DNA of 64,000 nt from Desulfobacteraceae bacterium (GTDB lineage Bacteria; Desulfobacterota; Desulfobacteria; Desulfobacterales; Desulfosarcinaceae), in assembly GCA_024230435.1 (NCBI GenBank), contig JAAERL010000139.1, forward strand, positions 6,339 to 70,338, given 5' to 3'. Below, piece after piece: positions 55,848 through 64,000 of this stretch (position 1 is its first letter; each line of letters begins with the position of its first letter). A program made the translations under genes and the position numbers. Under the pieces are notes generated by a model. That model searched no databases and was not told the origin of the DNA. It worked only from the letters and a program-made list of their open reading frames with translations.

Positions 55848-57527
55848 ATGACGCCAATGGATCGTATCAAAGCGCTACTCAACACTATTTACGGCGCGCA
55901 GGCCGCTGGCGCCGTATTTGATAAAATTTTACCGGTTATTGAAAAATATTCAGTTCAAAAGCGTAAAAAAGAAACTTTTTTTTCTCACCAAGATGTGATT
56001 CTGATCACTTATGCGGACTCGCTCAACAATCAGGGGAGCCCGGCGCTGGAAACACTGCGCCACTTTGCAAAGCAATACCTTAAAGAAACTATCAGCGATA
56101 TTCACTTTCTGCCTTTTTTCCCATACTCCTCGGATGACGGATTCTCGGTTATGGATTTTTGCCAAATTCGTCCCGATTTAGGCAACTGGGATGATGTGCA
56201 AGCCATCGGCCGGGATTTCGGCCTGATGTTTGATTTTGTCGTCAATCATTTTTCATCCCAAAGCCAATGGTTCAAAAACTACCTGGAGGCAAAGCCGGGA
56301 TTTGAACACTTTGCCATCGAGGTTGACCCTTCGGCCGATTTGTCCCTGGTTACAAGGCCAAGATCGTTACCTGTTTTATCCGAGTATAAAAAAAACGATG
56401 GTCAAACGGTTCATCTGTGGACCACATTCAGCGAAGATCAAATTGATTTGAATTATTGCAGCCCGGATGTGCTTGCAACGATGATTGATGTTTTGCTGTT
56501 TTATACGTCAAAGGGAGCTACGATCCTTAGAATGGACGCGATTGCCTATTTGTGGAAACAAATCGGCACAACATGTATTCACCTTGCCCAAACCCATGAT
56601 ATGGTAAAGCTTTTCCGGGCTGTATTAGATCTGGTTGCCCCGGATGTCATCATTATAACTGAAACCAATGTGCCCCATGCTGAAAACATCACGTATTTCG
56701 GAGATGGACGCAATGAAGCCCAAATGGTTTACAATTTTACGCTGCCTCCATTGCTGCTTTATACGTTTCTGGAACAAGATGTTTGCATGTTGTCACAATG
56801 GGCCAAAGGATTATCGCTTGAGCCGGAAAACAATACCTTTTTTAATTTTACCGCCTCCCATGATGGAATTGGCGTCCGGCCCCTGGAAGGGATTTTGCCC
56901 TCCAGCGAAATTGAAAAACTCATCAATGCCGCCAACCGCTGCGGCGGCAATGTGTCCTGGAAACAAAATTCAGATGGCTCGCAAAGCCCATATGAATTGA
57001 ATATTACCTATCTCGACGCTATTTTGGCAGACCAAAGCTCTGAAAAAACGGAAAAATTTTTGGCCTCCCAGGCGATTCAATACGTTTTGCCAGGCGTGCC
57101 GGCCACTTATATCCACAGCTTATTAGGTTCGAGAAACTGGCAAGAAGGTGTTTTGGAAACATCCAGAGCAAGGAGCATCAATCGTGAAAGGCTATGGGTC
57201 GAGGATGTGATCAGGCAACTGAACAATCCGGAATCCTTTCGAGCGCGGATTTTTTTCCCCTACCTGGAGTTAATCCGGATCCGGCGCAAGCAAAAGGCCT
57301 TTAATCCCAATGCAGGCTTTGAGATCCTTGATCTGGATTCAAAACTATTTTGCATTAAACGCCATTGTGAAACCCAAACAATTTACGCCATCACAAATAT
57401 TTCATCCCAGCCGGTTTCGGTAGATCTGCCCGTGCAAAAATCAAAAGATCTGATTACAGGACAGATTGCAGAGGCAACGTCCTTTAAGCTCAAACCGTAT
57501 CAATACGTGTGGCTTGAACAAAAATAA
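55848..57527 (+). CDS. GH13 sucrose phosphorylase-family sugar phosphorylase
   Basis: Motifs ILITYADSL, HFLPFFPYSSDDGFSVMDF, FDFVVNHFS, ILRMDAIAYLWK, IIITETNVPH and FTASHDGIGVRP are present. The start MTPMDR has a GGGGAGGAGA RBS at 55831-55840. Confidence 0.85.
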   Translation: MTPMDRIKALLNTIYGAQAAGAVFDKILPVIEKYSVQKRKKETFFSHQDVILITYADSLNNQGSPALETLRHFAKQYLKETISDIHFLPFFPYSSDDGFSVMDFCQIRPDLGNWDDVQAIGRDFGLMFDFVVNHFSSQSQWFKNYLEAKPGFEHFAIEVDPSADLSLVTRPRSLPVLSEYKKNDGQTVHLWTTFSEDQIDLNYCSPDVLATMIDVLLFYTSKGATILRMDAIAYLWKQIGTTCIHLAQTHDMVKLFRAVLDLVAPDVIIITETNVPHAENITYFGDGRNEAQMVYNFTLPPLLLYTFLEQDVCMLSQWAKGLSLEPENNTFFNFTASHDGIGVRPLEGILPSSEIEKLINAANRCGGNVSWKQNSDGSQSPYELNITYLDAILADQSSEKTEKFLASQAIQYVLPGVPATYIHSLLGSRNWQEGVLETSRARSINRERLWVEDVIRQLNNPESFRARIFFPYLELIRIRRKQKAFNPNAGFEILDLDSKLFCIKRHCETQTIYAITNISSQPVSVDLPVQKSKDLITGQIAEATSFKLKPYQYVWLEQK

Positions 57528-57556
57528 AAAAAAATAGATAGCAATTATCTTAAAAA

Positions 57557-57602
57557 GGGCCAATTGGGTTAGATCAAACTATCAATCCAATTGGCCCTTT
57601 TT
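57557..57602 (+). terminator. rho-independent terminator
   Basis: GGGCCAATTGG (57557-57567) pairs with CCAATTGGCCC (57587-57597) around a 19-nt loop, followed by TTTTT. It lies 30 nt after the phosphorylase stop. Confidence 0.6.
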
Positions 57603-57805
57603 ATATGGTAATAGCTTCAAGCCTTCTATGAAGTTGACGATCACTTCGAATAATGCTAACTCATCGCTTTTGTTAAAAAAGCGATGCAACAGAAAAATCA
57701 TTATACTTTTTGTTCACAATTGGGGAAATTGCGAAACGGCTGCGGAACCGAACCTGACAGATATGGAACCTGCCTGCAAAAAGCCGCACGCGACACGAAA
57801 TGCTT

Positions 57806-57972
57806 TTAGAGCTTGTTTGGGAAATAGAAAATTTAGCGAAAAAGTGCGAGGGCGAGGTCAAAATGTCTCAAATTTGAAATGAATAGCCGGTCTATTTGTC
57901 GAAAATTTGCGTCATTTTGGACCGTTCCCGCGCTTTTGCAGCCGATTTAATAATTCCCAAACAGGCTCTTAA
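57806..57972 (+). repeat. repeat family C, full copy (about 167 bp, terminal inverted repeats)
   Basis: The left end TTAGAGCTTGTTTGGGAAAT is inverted relative to the right end AATTCCCAAACAGGCTCTTAA. The right 36 nt are identical to 5212-5247. The element ends 18 nt before the vgrG ATG. Confidence 0.65.
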
Positions 57973-57990
57973 ACTTCACCGGAGGTTTAT

Positions 57991-60900
57991 ATGCTCACAC
58001 TCAACGCCAATGAGTCCCGGTTCTTGTTCAGGATTCTGGAAAAAGACTTTCTCGTTATCAGCTTTAACGCATCAGAGTCGGTATCAAATCTGTATGAAGT
58101 AAAATTGGAATTGGCGGCAAAGGACAACATCACTATAGATGATTTTTTAGGCAAGCCGTGCCTGCTGACAATAAAAGGCGACAAAGGCGGGCGCTATTTT
58201 CACGGCATGACCTTCAAAATCATAAAAGCGGGTTACAACGGATCTTTTTATTTATATAAGGTTACCGTGACTGCAATGGCCGCTTTGCTCGAACTGCGCA
58301 AGGATTGCCGGATATTTCAGGATCTGACCGTACCCGAAATCGTTACCCAGGTCATGAAAAACGCCGTAATTCCCCCCGATCTTTACGAGTTCAGGCTGGT
58401 AACCAAGTACCCCAAACGCGAATACTGTGTCCAGTACCGCGAAACCGATCTTCGCTTCATAAAACGGTTGCTGGCCGAAGAAGGCATCTTTTTCTTTTTT
58501 GAACACCAGCGCGACAGGCACCTGATGGTTTTTGGCGACAGCCAAGTCAATTATATGCCCATTGCCGGCAATAGTAAAATCTGCTTAAACCCCGGCGGCT
58601 CGATGGTGGCCGAACAAGAAGCCATCATCGCCTTTAAATGCACAAAGAGCCTAACACCTGGCAGCTACAGCATGTCCGATTATGATTTTGAAAAACCGTC
58701 CGTAGACCTGTACACATGCAGCCAGGCAAAAGAAAACACAGATTTTGCCTGTTATCAGTACCCAGGCAACTACACCGACCGCAAACACGGCGAACGGTTG
58801 AGCCGGGTGCGCCTGGAACAAAAGAGCTTAAAAGCCAGGCAGGCAAAAGGCAAAAGCGTGGTCGTACGCTTTGTGCCGGGTTTTACCTTTCGTGTCCAGG
58901 ATTCGTTTACCGGCAATATCGAAAACACTTACCTGCTTACCCAAATCAGCCATGACGGCCAACAGCCCCAGGTGCTGGCCGAAACAAGCTCCGGCTCACA
59001 AGGGTCAAGCTATGTCAATGAATTTACCGCCGTGCCAGACAGCGTAACCATCCGGCCCGGCTTCGCAGACCTGAAAAAACCTTACATGCCCGAAAACCAG
59101 ACTGCCGTCGTCACCGGTGCAAAGGGCGAAGAAATATACACCGACAGCTACGGCCGCGTAAAAGTGCAATTTCACTGGGACCGGTATGGCAATTACGACG
59201 AAAAAAGCTCGTGCTGGATACGCGTGGGCCAGACGCTGGCAGGCGACGGCTGGGGAAGCCTGTACATTCCGCGCATCGGCCAGCAGGTCCTTGTCTCGTT
59301 TTTTAACAATGATCCCGACCGGCCCATCATTACCGGCTGCCTTTACCACGGAGCCAATGTTGCGCCCTATAAATTGCCCGAACAAAAGACCGTCTCTACC
59401 ATGAAAAGCATGTCGTCTCCCGGCAAAAAAGGCTTCAATGAATTACGGTTTCAGGACCGCAAAGGCTATGAGCAAATCTTTATCCACGGCGAAAAAGACA
59501 TGGACCTGCGGGTTAAAAACGACCGGCGCACCTTTACAGGCAACAACGAGCACACCATCGTGGAAAATGACCGCTATGAGCAAATTAACAATTGCCATCA
59601 CCAGATCATAAAATCCCATAAAATCAAGCAGGTAGACGGCTCCGAATCCCTGACAACCGGCCGTGATTACCAGCACGGCGCCGGAGCCAACTACGCGGTC
59701 AAAGCCGAAGGCAAAATGCATGTCAAGGCCGGATCATCGGCGGTGTTTGAATCTAAAGAATCGGTAACCCTTAAAGTAGGCGCCGCCTTTATTACCGTAG
59801 ACGGCAGCGGTGTCACATTTTCAGGCGCTGATGTCAATTTAAACGGCTCGTCAGCATCGCCGGGCTCAGTTGGAGCAATCAATGTAAAATTGCCCATAAC
59901 CGCCGAGGCCGCCGCCAACGCCCGCCCCGGAAACGTTGAAGCCAACCGGGCCGCTGCCGTGCAGCCTGTTCAGATCCCGCAAGTTAAGTCGGCGCCGTAT
60001 ATTCCAACGCCGTCAGCGGCTTTGGAACCAGCACCGAAAGCCTCATTTTTTTCCGGGCCCCAGGAAATCAAGCACAAGCTGGCCTTAGAAATCGCCGGGA
60101 CAAATACCCGCAACCTTGCAGGCCAATTTTATGTCTTTTCGGAAAACGGCTTTGAAAAACGCCACGGACTCATTGGCGACACAGATGACCACCGGATGGA
60201 AATTTTTATCGATGACCTGCCCGAAGACGACTACCGGTTGGCTTATGAAATAAACGGCATGAAAATCCCCCTCGACCTGAACAACGCCCTTGTCACCTGC
60301 GCCGAAAACGAAAAAAGCGACTGCTGGGAAACTATCCTGGTCCCGATCGTGCCCCGAACCTACAACAGCATCGAGCTTGACCGCCAGGAAGATCACTGCG
60401 ATTGCCCGCGCCAAAACGGATACCTTTACATCTTTGTAAACGGCTTCTTGTGGCGCGAACTGCAAGCCCAAAAACAAGGTCTGTTCAAAGACGTTGACCT
60501 GGCAAATTACAAAACCAAAGACGAACGCATCGCCAGCGGCGCCGAACACGGCTCTATCCTTGTACCTTTTCAGGTAAACGGCGTAAGGCCCGAAATTCAA
60601 ATCTGCTTCTCCGAAGTCCAGTGGTCCTGGGACCAGGTCACCGCCTTAGGCGGTATGGACCCAGAGGACATCCGCCATGAAAAAGGCCTGCAGGCCCAGC
60701 CCTGCGAGGACACCGCAAAAGCAGCCGAATACCGCAGCCAGCGCCTCCAGGTCATCGATTTAAAAGATTACCCCTTCTTTGACCTTAGCTCTTGCACCAC
60801 TATCGGTTTTACCGAAGAAACAAACGCAGACGGCGCAGCGCTTCGCCCGGACCTTGCCGAGTACCAGCAAGCCAAACTGCCCGTTGTGTACCTGCACGAC

Positions 60901-63504
60901 TCGCTGGCCATCGCCGAGTCCCTGCTCGAAGACTATCACGACACGCTTGATCAGTTTCAACAGGTGATCGCGGATCTTCCAAAGCTCGAAAACCTTAAAA
61001 ATCCCGACCCGGCAGTGGCTTCAATGAGTGAACAGGAAAAACAGTACTACTTTAAATCAGCCGCTCTAGCCTACCGCGTCTTTTTCGACAGCCAAACCAC
61101 GGCAAATAAAAAAATGCTCCAGACCGAAGCCATAGAAGAGTTGACGCAAAGCTTCGGCAAAGGCCAGGGCAACTCCATTTTCGGCGGCGGCTTAGGCGAC
61201 TATTCCAAAAAAATGAGCGCTTCCAAACGGCCCAAAATTTTTGAAACCTGCGAAAAACAACTCGACCGCGCAACCCTTGAAGACATCTTACAGGTTGAGA
61301 AAAGAAAAGACTTGCGGACCAAATTGCGCCAAATAAAAACCATCCTGGCCGGTTTTCTCGGCGACACCGTATATGAAAAACCCGCAACAAGCCTGCACCC
61401 CGATTTTATCGGCGTCAACGCCATGCTCAAAGACTTTGCCAACCTCAACGGCAAAGCCTACGGCTTGCTCTGGGCCAAAGCAAACGGGCTATACGGCTTT
61501 TTAAACCACGAGCCCTGCGCCGAAGACCCCGACCTGGACCTTGCAAAAAACATCGCAGCCGAAAGACCCCAAAAAGCCGATCAGGACCCCGGTGTGGCCT
61601 ATTTAAACCGCGTACTATCGGCCGAACACCCCATGCACGCCTGCCTGTTTCCGCCAGACAGCCCTGAATTCGACCTGGCAAACCCGGACTCCGGCCCTGC
61701 GCCCGGACCCGAACCGGCCGACGGCAGCGGGCATTTTCGCCCCGGAGCCTTTGCCATAGCCGTAGACGAATCCGGTAAAGACCAACCGGCAGACAGCAAA
61801 ATTAAAGCAGCCGCGGATTTAACCAAACAATCCGTAGCCTCGCTCATATTGTTTTTCCAACGCCAATGGGCAGCCCTTAAAAAAACCAAACAAACCATAC
61901 GGCTCAACAGCCTGTTTCGCCTTGCAAAAGCCACGCACGCACCGGAGCTGGCGCAAATGCAAACCCTGCCCCCGGGCAGCGTCATCGACCTCGGACCGGA
62001 CGGCGAACACATAATTGCCGGAATAAACAGCCTGAACGTTAAAGGCGTAATAGACACAAAAAAAGACTTTCTAAATGCCCGGCCCGGAAGCTCAACCAAC
62101 CCTGCTTTTGCGCAAAACCAATGCACTATCTACGACCCCAAAACCGGCAAGCCCATCGGCAGCGTCAACCTCGGACAGCTCGGCGTTGAAAAATACAAAG
62201 GCGCACCCATAGAAAAAGTTACCCGCAAACAAGCACTGAAACTATTTGGCCAAGTCATCGAAAAAGAAGGCAACCTCCTTTTAAAAACCAACATCGATGT
62301 TGTCGTATTCCCCAAAAAAAACGAAGTTGCCTTGAAACTCCACAACCCGGAGTATAAAGCCTCCCCCAGCGCCACCCTCGCCTCAAAAGGCCTCCACGCC
62401 GTACGCAAGGGTCTGCCGCCGCTAGTGGCGGTACTGGAGGTGATGAACTTAAGTAGGGCTGCACATGCTTTCTTATTTCAAACGGATGGGTGGGCAAAAA
62501 ATCTATCAATCTTTGCAGCGAGCATGGCCGGCCTTACTCATTGCACCCTGGACGCCATGTGCGCCATTGCCGGAGAAGATGCCGTGGTTAACAGGTTAAA
62601 TGGGTTAAGACCCAGCTTGGGAGAATTTATATTCAAAACAGAAATCAATCTTTTTGGGCACCAGGTTACGGTGTTCAACGCCACAGCCGCTATCATTTCA
62701 GTTGTCAGCGGCGTCCTGCACGCCTGGGATATGATCGACAGCATCAGCGCCGAAGACTATGACTCCGCCACGGGTTACGGCATTGCCGCAGCCGGATCGT
62801 TTGCCCTGGCGCTGACCACTATCGGGGCTTCATCCGCTAAAGCGGGAACCTTTCTTTTCTCTTTAGGCCCCTGGGGCTGGGCCTGCATGGCGGTCTGCTT
62901 CATCGGGGCGTCCATCGCAATTGCCTGCAAGGATACGGACCTGGAAAAATGGGCCAAGCACGGCCCCTTTGCCCTGGATCATGACGACCGGTGGACCCAT
63001 CAGTATGCGTCAAAAGATTCACGGTTTGCCCTGGAAGGCTTAATGGGCCACATGCTCACCCCCAGCGTAAAGATGGCCTACACACAAAACACAGGCCCGG
63101 AAAGCACTTTTCCCGACTCCGTTGTGGAGTGCTATGCGCCCGGATTCGAGTCAGGAGAAAGCGAGCTTGTTGTTCACACGTCAATGGAAAAAACTTACAA
63201 AGCCGATCCCATCATGGGCCGCCCTCAAGATGGCCCCGAAGATTCCGGGCAAGCAATGCAAACGCCTTACCGCATCGAGCAAATCACCAATGATTCACAA
63301 AGTCAGGTCATTGGCGCACGTTTTTATTACAAGGGGTTGGGCCCGGTAAAAACCTGCAGATGGCGCACACGGGTAAGGCATATAAACAAGGAAAATATCA
63401 CCCTTCCCGCGCTTTTGGGCGAAAAAGACGATTACAAGAAAACTGCCATTGAAACCATGCAAAAAGGCTGGGTTTACGCGGAACTTTGGGGAGAAGATAA
63501 TTAA
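57991..63504 (+). CDS. vgrG: type VI secretion VgrG spike protein with ~1200-aa C-terminal VasX-like membrane-toxin extension
   Basis: The N-terminal ~640 aa is canonical VgrG: FRILEKDF..YRETDLRFIKRLLAEEGIFFFFEH, then gp5 OB GRVKVQFHWDR, WIRVGQTLAGDGWGSLYIPRIGQQVLVSFFNNDPDRPIITGCLYH, then beta-helix repeats. After aa ~640 come a Pro/Ala linker, GYLYIFVNGFLWRELQ and LPVVYLHDSLAIAESLLEDY, and a hydrophobic helix cluster at nt ~62400-62940. RBS GGAGG is upstream. Confidence 0.9.
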   Translation: MLTLNANESRFLFRILEKDFLVISFNASESVSNLYEVKLELAAKDNITIDDFLGKPCLLTIKGDKGGRYFHGMTFKIIKAGYNGSFYLYKVTVTAMAALLELRKDCRIFQDLTVPEIVTQVMKNAVIPPDLYEFRLVTKYPKREYCVQYRETDLRFIKRLLAEEGIFFFFEHQRDRHLMVFGDSQVNYMPIAGNSKICLNPGGSMVAEQEAIIAFKCTKSLTPGSYSMSDYDFEKPSVDLYTCSQAKENTDFACYQYPGNYTDRKHGERLSRVRLEQKSLKARQAKGKSVVVRFVPGFTFRVQDSFTGNIENTYLLTQISHDGQQPQVLAETSSGSQGSSYVNEFTAVPDSVTIRPGFADLKKPYMPENQTAVVTGAKGEEIYTDSYGRVKVQFHWDRYGNYDEKSSCWIRVGQTLAGDGWGSLYIPRIGQQVLVSFFNNDPDRPIITGCLYHGANVAPYKLPEQKTVSTMKSMSSPGKKGFNELRFQDRKGYEQIFIHGEKDMDLRVKNDRRTFTGNNEHTIVENDRYEQINNCHHQIIKSHKIKQVDGSESLTTGRDYQHGAGANYAVKAEGKMHVKAGSSAVFESKESVTLKVGAAFITVDGSGVTFSGADVNLNGSSASPGSVGAINVKLPITAEAAANARPGNVEANRAAAVQPVQIPQVKSAPYIPTPSAALEPAPKASFFSGPQEIKHKLALEIAGTNTRNLAGQFYVFSENGFEKRHGLIGDTDDHRMEIFIDDLPEDDYRLAYEINGMKIPLDLNNALVTCAENEKSDCWETILVPIVPRTYNSIELDRQEDHCDCPRQNGYLYIFVNGFLWRELQAQKQGLFKDVDLANYKTKDERIASGAEHGSILVPFQVNGVRPEIQICFSEVQWSWDQVTALGGMDPEDIRHEKGLQAQPCEDTAKAAEYRSQRLQVIDLKDYPFFDLSSCTTIGFTEETNADGAALRPDLAEYQQAKLPVVYLHDSLAIAESLLEDYHDTLDQFQQVIADLPKLENLKNPDPAVASMSEQEKQYYFKSAALAYRVFFDSQTTANKKMLQTEAIEELTQSFGKGQGNSIFGGGLGDYSKKMSASKRPKIFETCEKQLDRATLEDILQVEKRKDLRTKLRQIKTILAGFLGDTVYEKPATSLHPDFIGVNAMLKDFANLNGKAYGLLWAKANGLYGFLNHEPCAEDPDLDLAKNIAAERPQKADQDPGVAYLNRVLSAEHPMHACLFPPDSPEFDLANPDSGPAPGPEPADGSGHFRPGAFAIAVDESGKDQPADSKIKAAADLTKQSVASLILFFQRQWAALKKTKQTIRLNSLFRLAKATHAPELAQMQTLPPGSVIDLGPDGEHIIAGINSLNVKGVIDTKKDFLNARPGSSTNPAFAQNQCTIYDPKTGKPIGSVNLGQLGVEKYKGAPIEKVTRKQALKLFGQVIEKEGNLLLKTNIDVVVFPKKNEVALKLHNPEYKASPSATLASKGLHAVRKGLPPLVAVLEVMNLSRAAHAFLFQTDGWAKNLSIFAASMAGLTHCTLDAMCAIAGEDAVVNRLNGLRPSLGEFIFKTEINLFGHQVTVFNATAAIISVVSGVLHAWDMIDSISAEDYDSATGYGIAAAGSFALALTTIGASSAKAGTFLFSLGPWGWACMAVCFIGASIAIACKDTDLEKWAKHGPFALDHDDRWTHQYASKDSRFALEGLMGHMLTPSVKMAYTQNTGPESTFPDSVVECYAPGFESGESELVVHTSMEKTYKADPIMGRPQDGPEDSGQAMQTPYRIEQITNDSQSQVIGARFYYKGLGPVKTCRWRTRVRHINKENITLPALLGEKDDYKKTAIETMQKGWVYAELWGEDN

Positions 63505-63506
63505 AA

Positions 63507-64000
63507 ATGGATATCGAAACAATCATCAAAAACGGCTATTATGGACCCCATGCCTACAACAGCAACACTGTTGACGATCTACCGCCCATAGACAACAGCG
63601 GATTGCGCAAAACAACGCGCATGGCTCGCAAAACCGCTTTGCCCAGGCGCACCTGCGTTCAGTGCACTGAATTATTAGCTGCCGACCGGCCGTATACTAT
63701 TGAAGCTCTTAATTCAGATAACCCGGAAATAAAAAAATTGATCAATGCCCCCGGCCATGAAATGCAATTTTGGCAGTCGTTGAGCAACCCAAGGGCTATT
63801 GTGGACGTGTTAACCAGAGCGTTTTGTTTTTTCATGTGGATCGGATTGATTGGTGTACCTATTTTTTCGATATTAGTTTTACTCATAAAACCAGACAGGC
63901 TCTTAGAACCCAAATATTACGTTTTTTTTGTTGGGCCATATGCTGTCTGTGCCCTTTTACATTACACAGGCAAATACGTCCTGAAAAAAGATTGGGTCAA
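63507..64000 (+). CDS. small membrane protein, candidate cognate immunity protein (partial, runs off window)
   Basis: The ATG lies 2 nt after the vgrG stop. The frame is open to the window end (164 codons, absent from the ORF track because no stop is reached). Two predicted TM helices (FCFFMWIGLIGVPIFSILVLLI; YYVFFVGPYAVCALLHY). Confidence 0.5.
   Translation, partial: MDIETIIKNGYYGPHAYNSNTVDDLPPIDNSGLRKTTRMARKTALPRRTCVQCTELLAADRPYTIEALNSDNPEIKKLINAPGHEMQFWQSLSNPRAIVDVLTRAFCFFMWIGLIGVPIFSILVLLIKPDRLLEPKYYVFFVGPYAVCALLHYTGKYVLKKDWV

Noticed and set aside
57918-57945. Sigma54-type promoter (TGG..TTGCA) upstream of vgrG
   Set aside because: In TGGACCGTTCCCGCGCTTTTGCA the GG and the TTGC are about 19 nt apart, not the required 12. 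No properly spaced GG-N10-GC element was found.
1-64000. tRNA, rRNA, transposase or integrase genes
   Set aside because: I scanned for T-loop-like GGTTCGAATCC-type motifs, rRNA-like conserved stretches and transposase or integrase-like ORFs, and found none. The repeats therefore appear non-autonomous within this window.

Overview
This 64 kb window looks like a Gram-negative accessory region; the taxon cannot be determined from sequence alone. All protein family calls come from reading motifs by eye, with no HMM or BLAST run.

- **1-10 kb:** housekeeping and accessory genes. These are a YkgJ-type Cys-cluster protein, a TIM-barrel sugar-phosphate isomerase, a TetR regulator with two alpha/beta hydrolases, and a tungstate/molybdate-type ABC permease and ATPase with an HTH-PBP regulator.
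- **About 10.8-50.3 kb:** one long, almost entirely plus-strand polysaccharide locus.
  - Precursor genes: ugd, a nucleotidyltransferase, an FkbM methyltransferase, a frameshifted galE, and wecB.
  - Assembly genes: a Wzx flippase, a Wzy-like protein, three glycosyltransferases (GTs), a bi-domain oxidoreductase, a heparinase II/III-like protein, a PglC-type sugar transferase, a DegT aminotransferase, a PglF/CapD dehydratase and an acyltransferase-3.
  - Export genes: an exosortase/EpsI fusion plus a PEP-CTERM-type module (PrsT-like TPR lipoprotein, Wza-like exporter, outer membrane protein (OMP), chain-length determinant, BY-kinase-like ATPase).
- **50.5-57.5 kb:** a hybrid histidine kinase, an FHA-GAF histidine kinase and a GH13 sucrose-phosphorylase-family enzyme.
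- **58.0-63.5 kb:** a 1837-aa VgrG fused to a VasX-like membrane-toxin extension. It is followed by a small membrane ORF that may be its immunity gene.

The main non-genic signal is at least three families of roughly 165 bp imperfect-palindrome (MITE-like) repeats filling nearly every intergenic gap. They show nested insertion, recurrent short forms, stem covariation, and an inverted pair bracketing the exosortase gene. No rRNA, tRNA, CRISPR array or transposase gene was seen.
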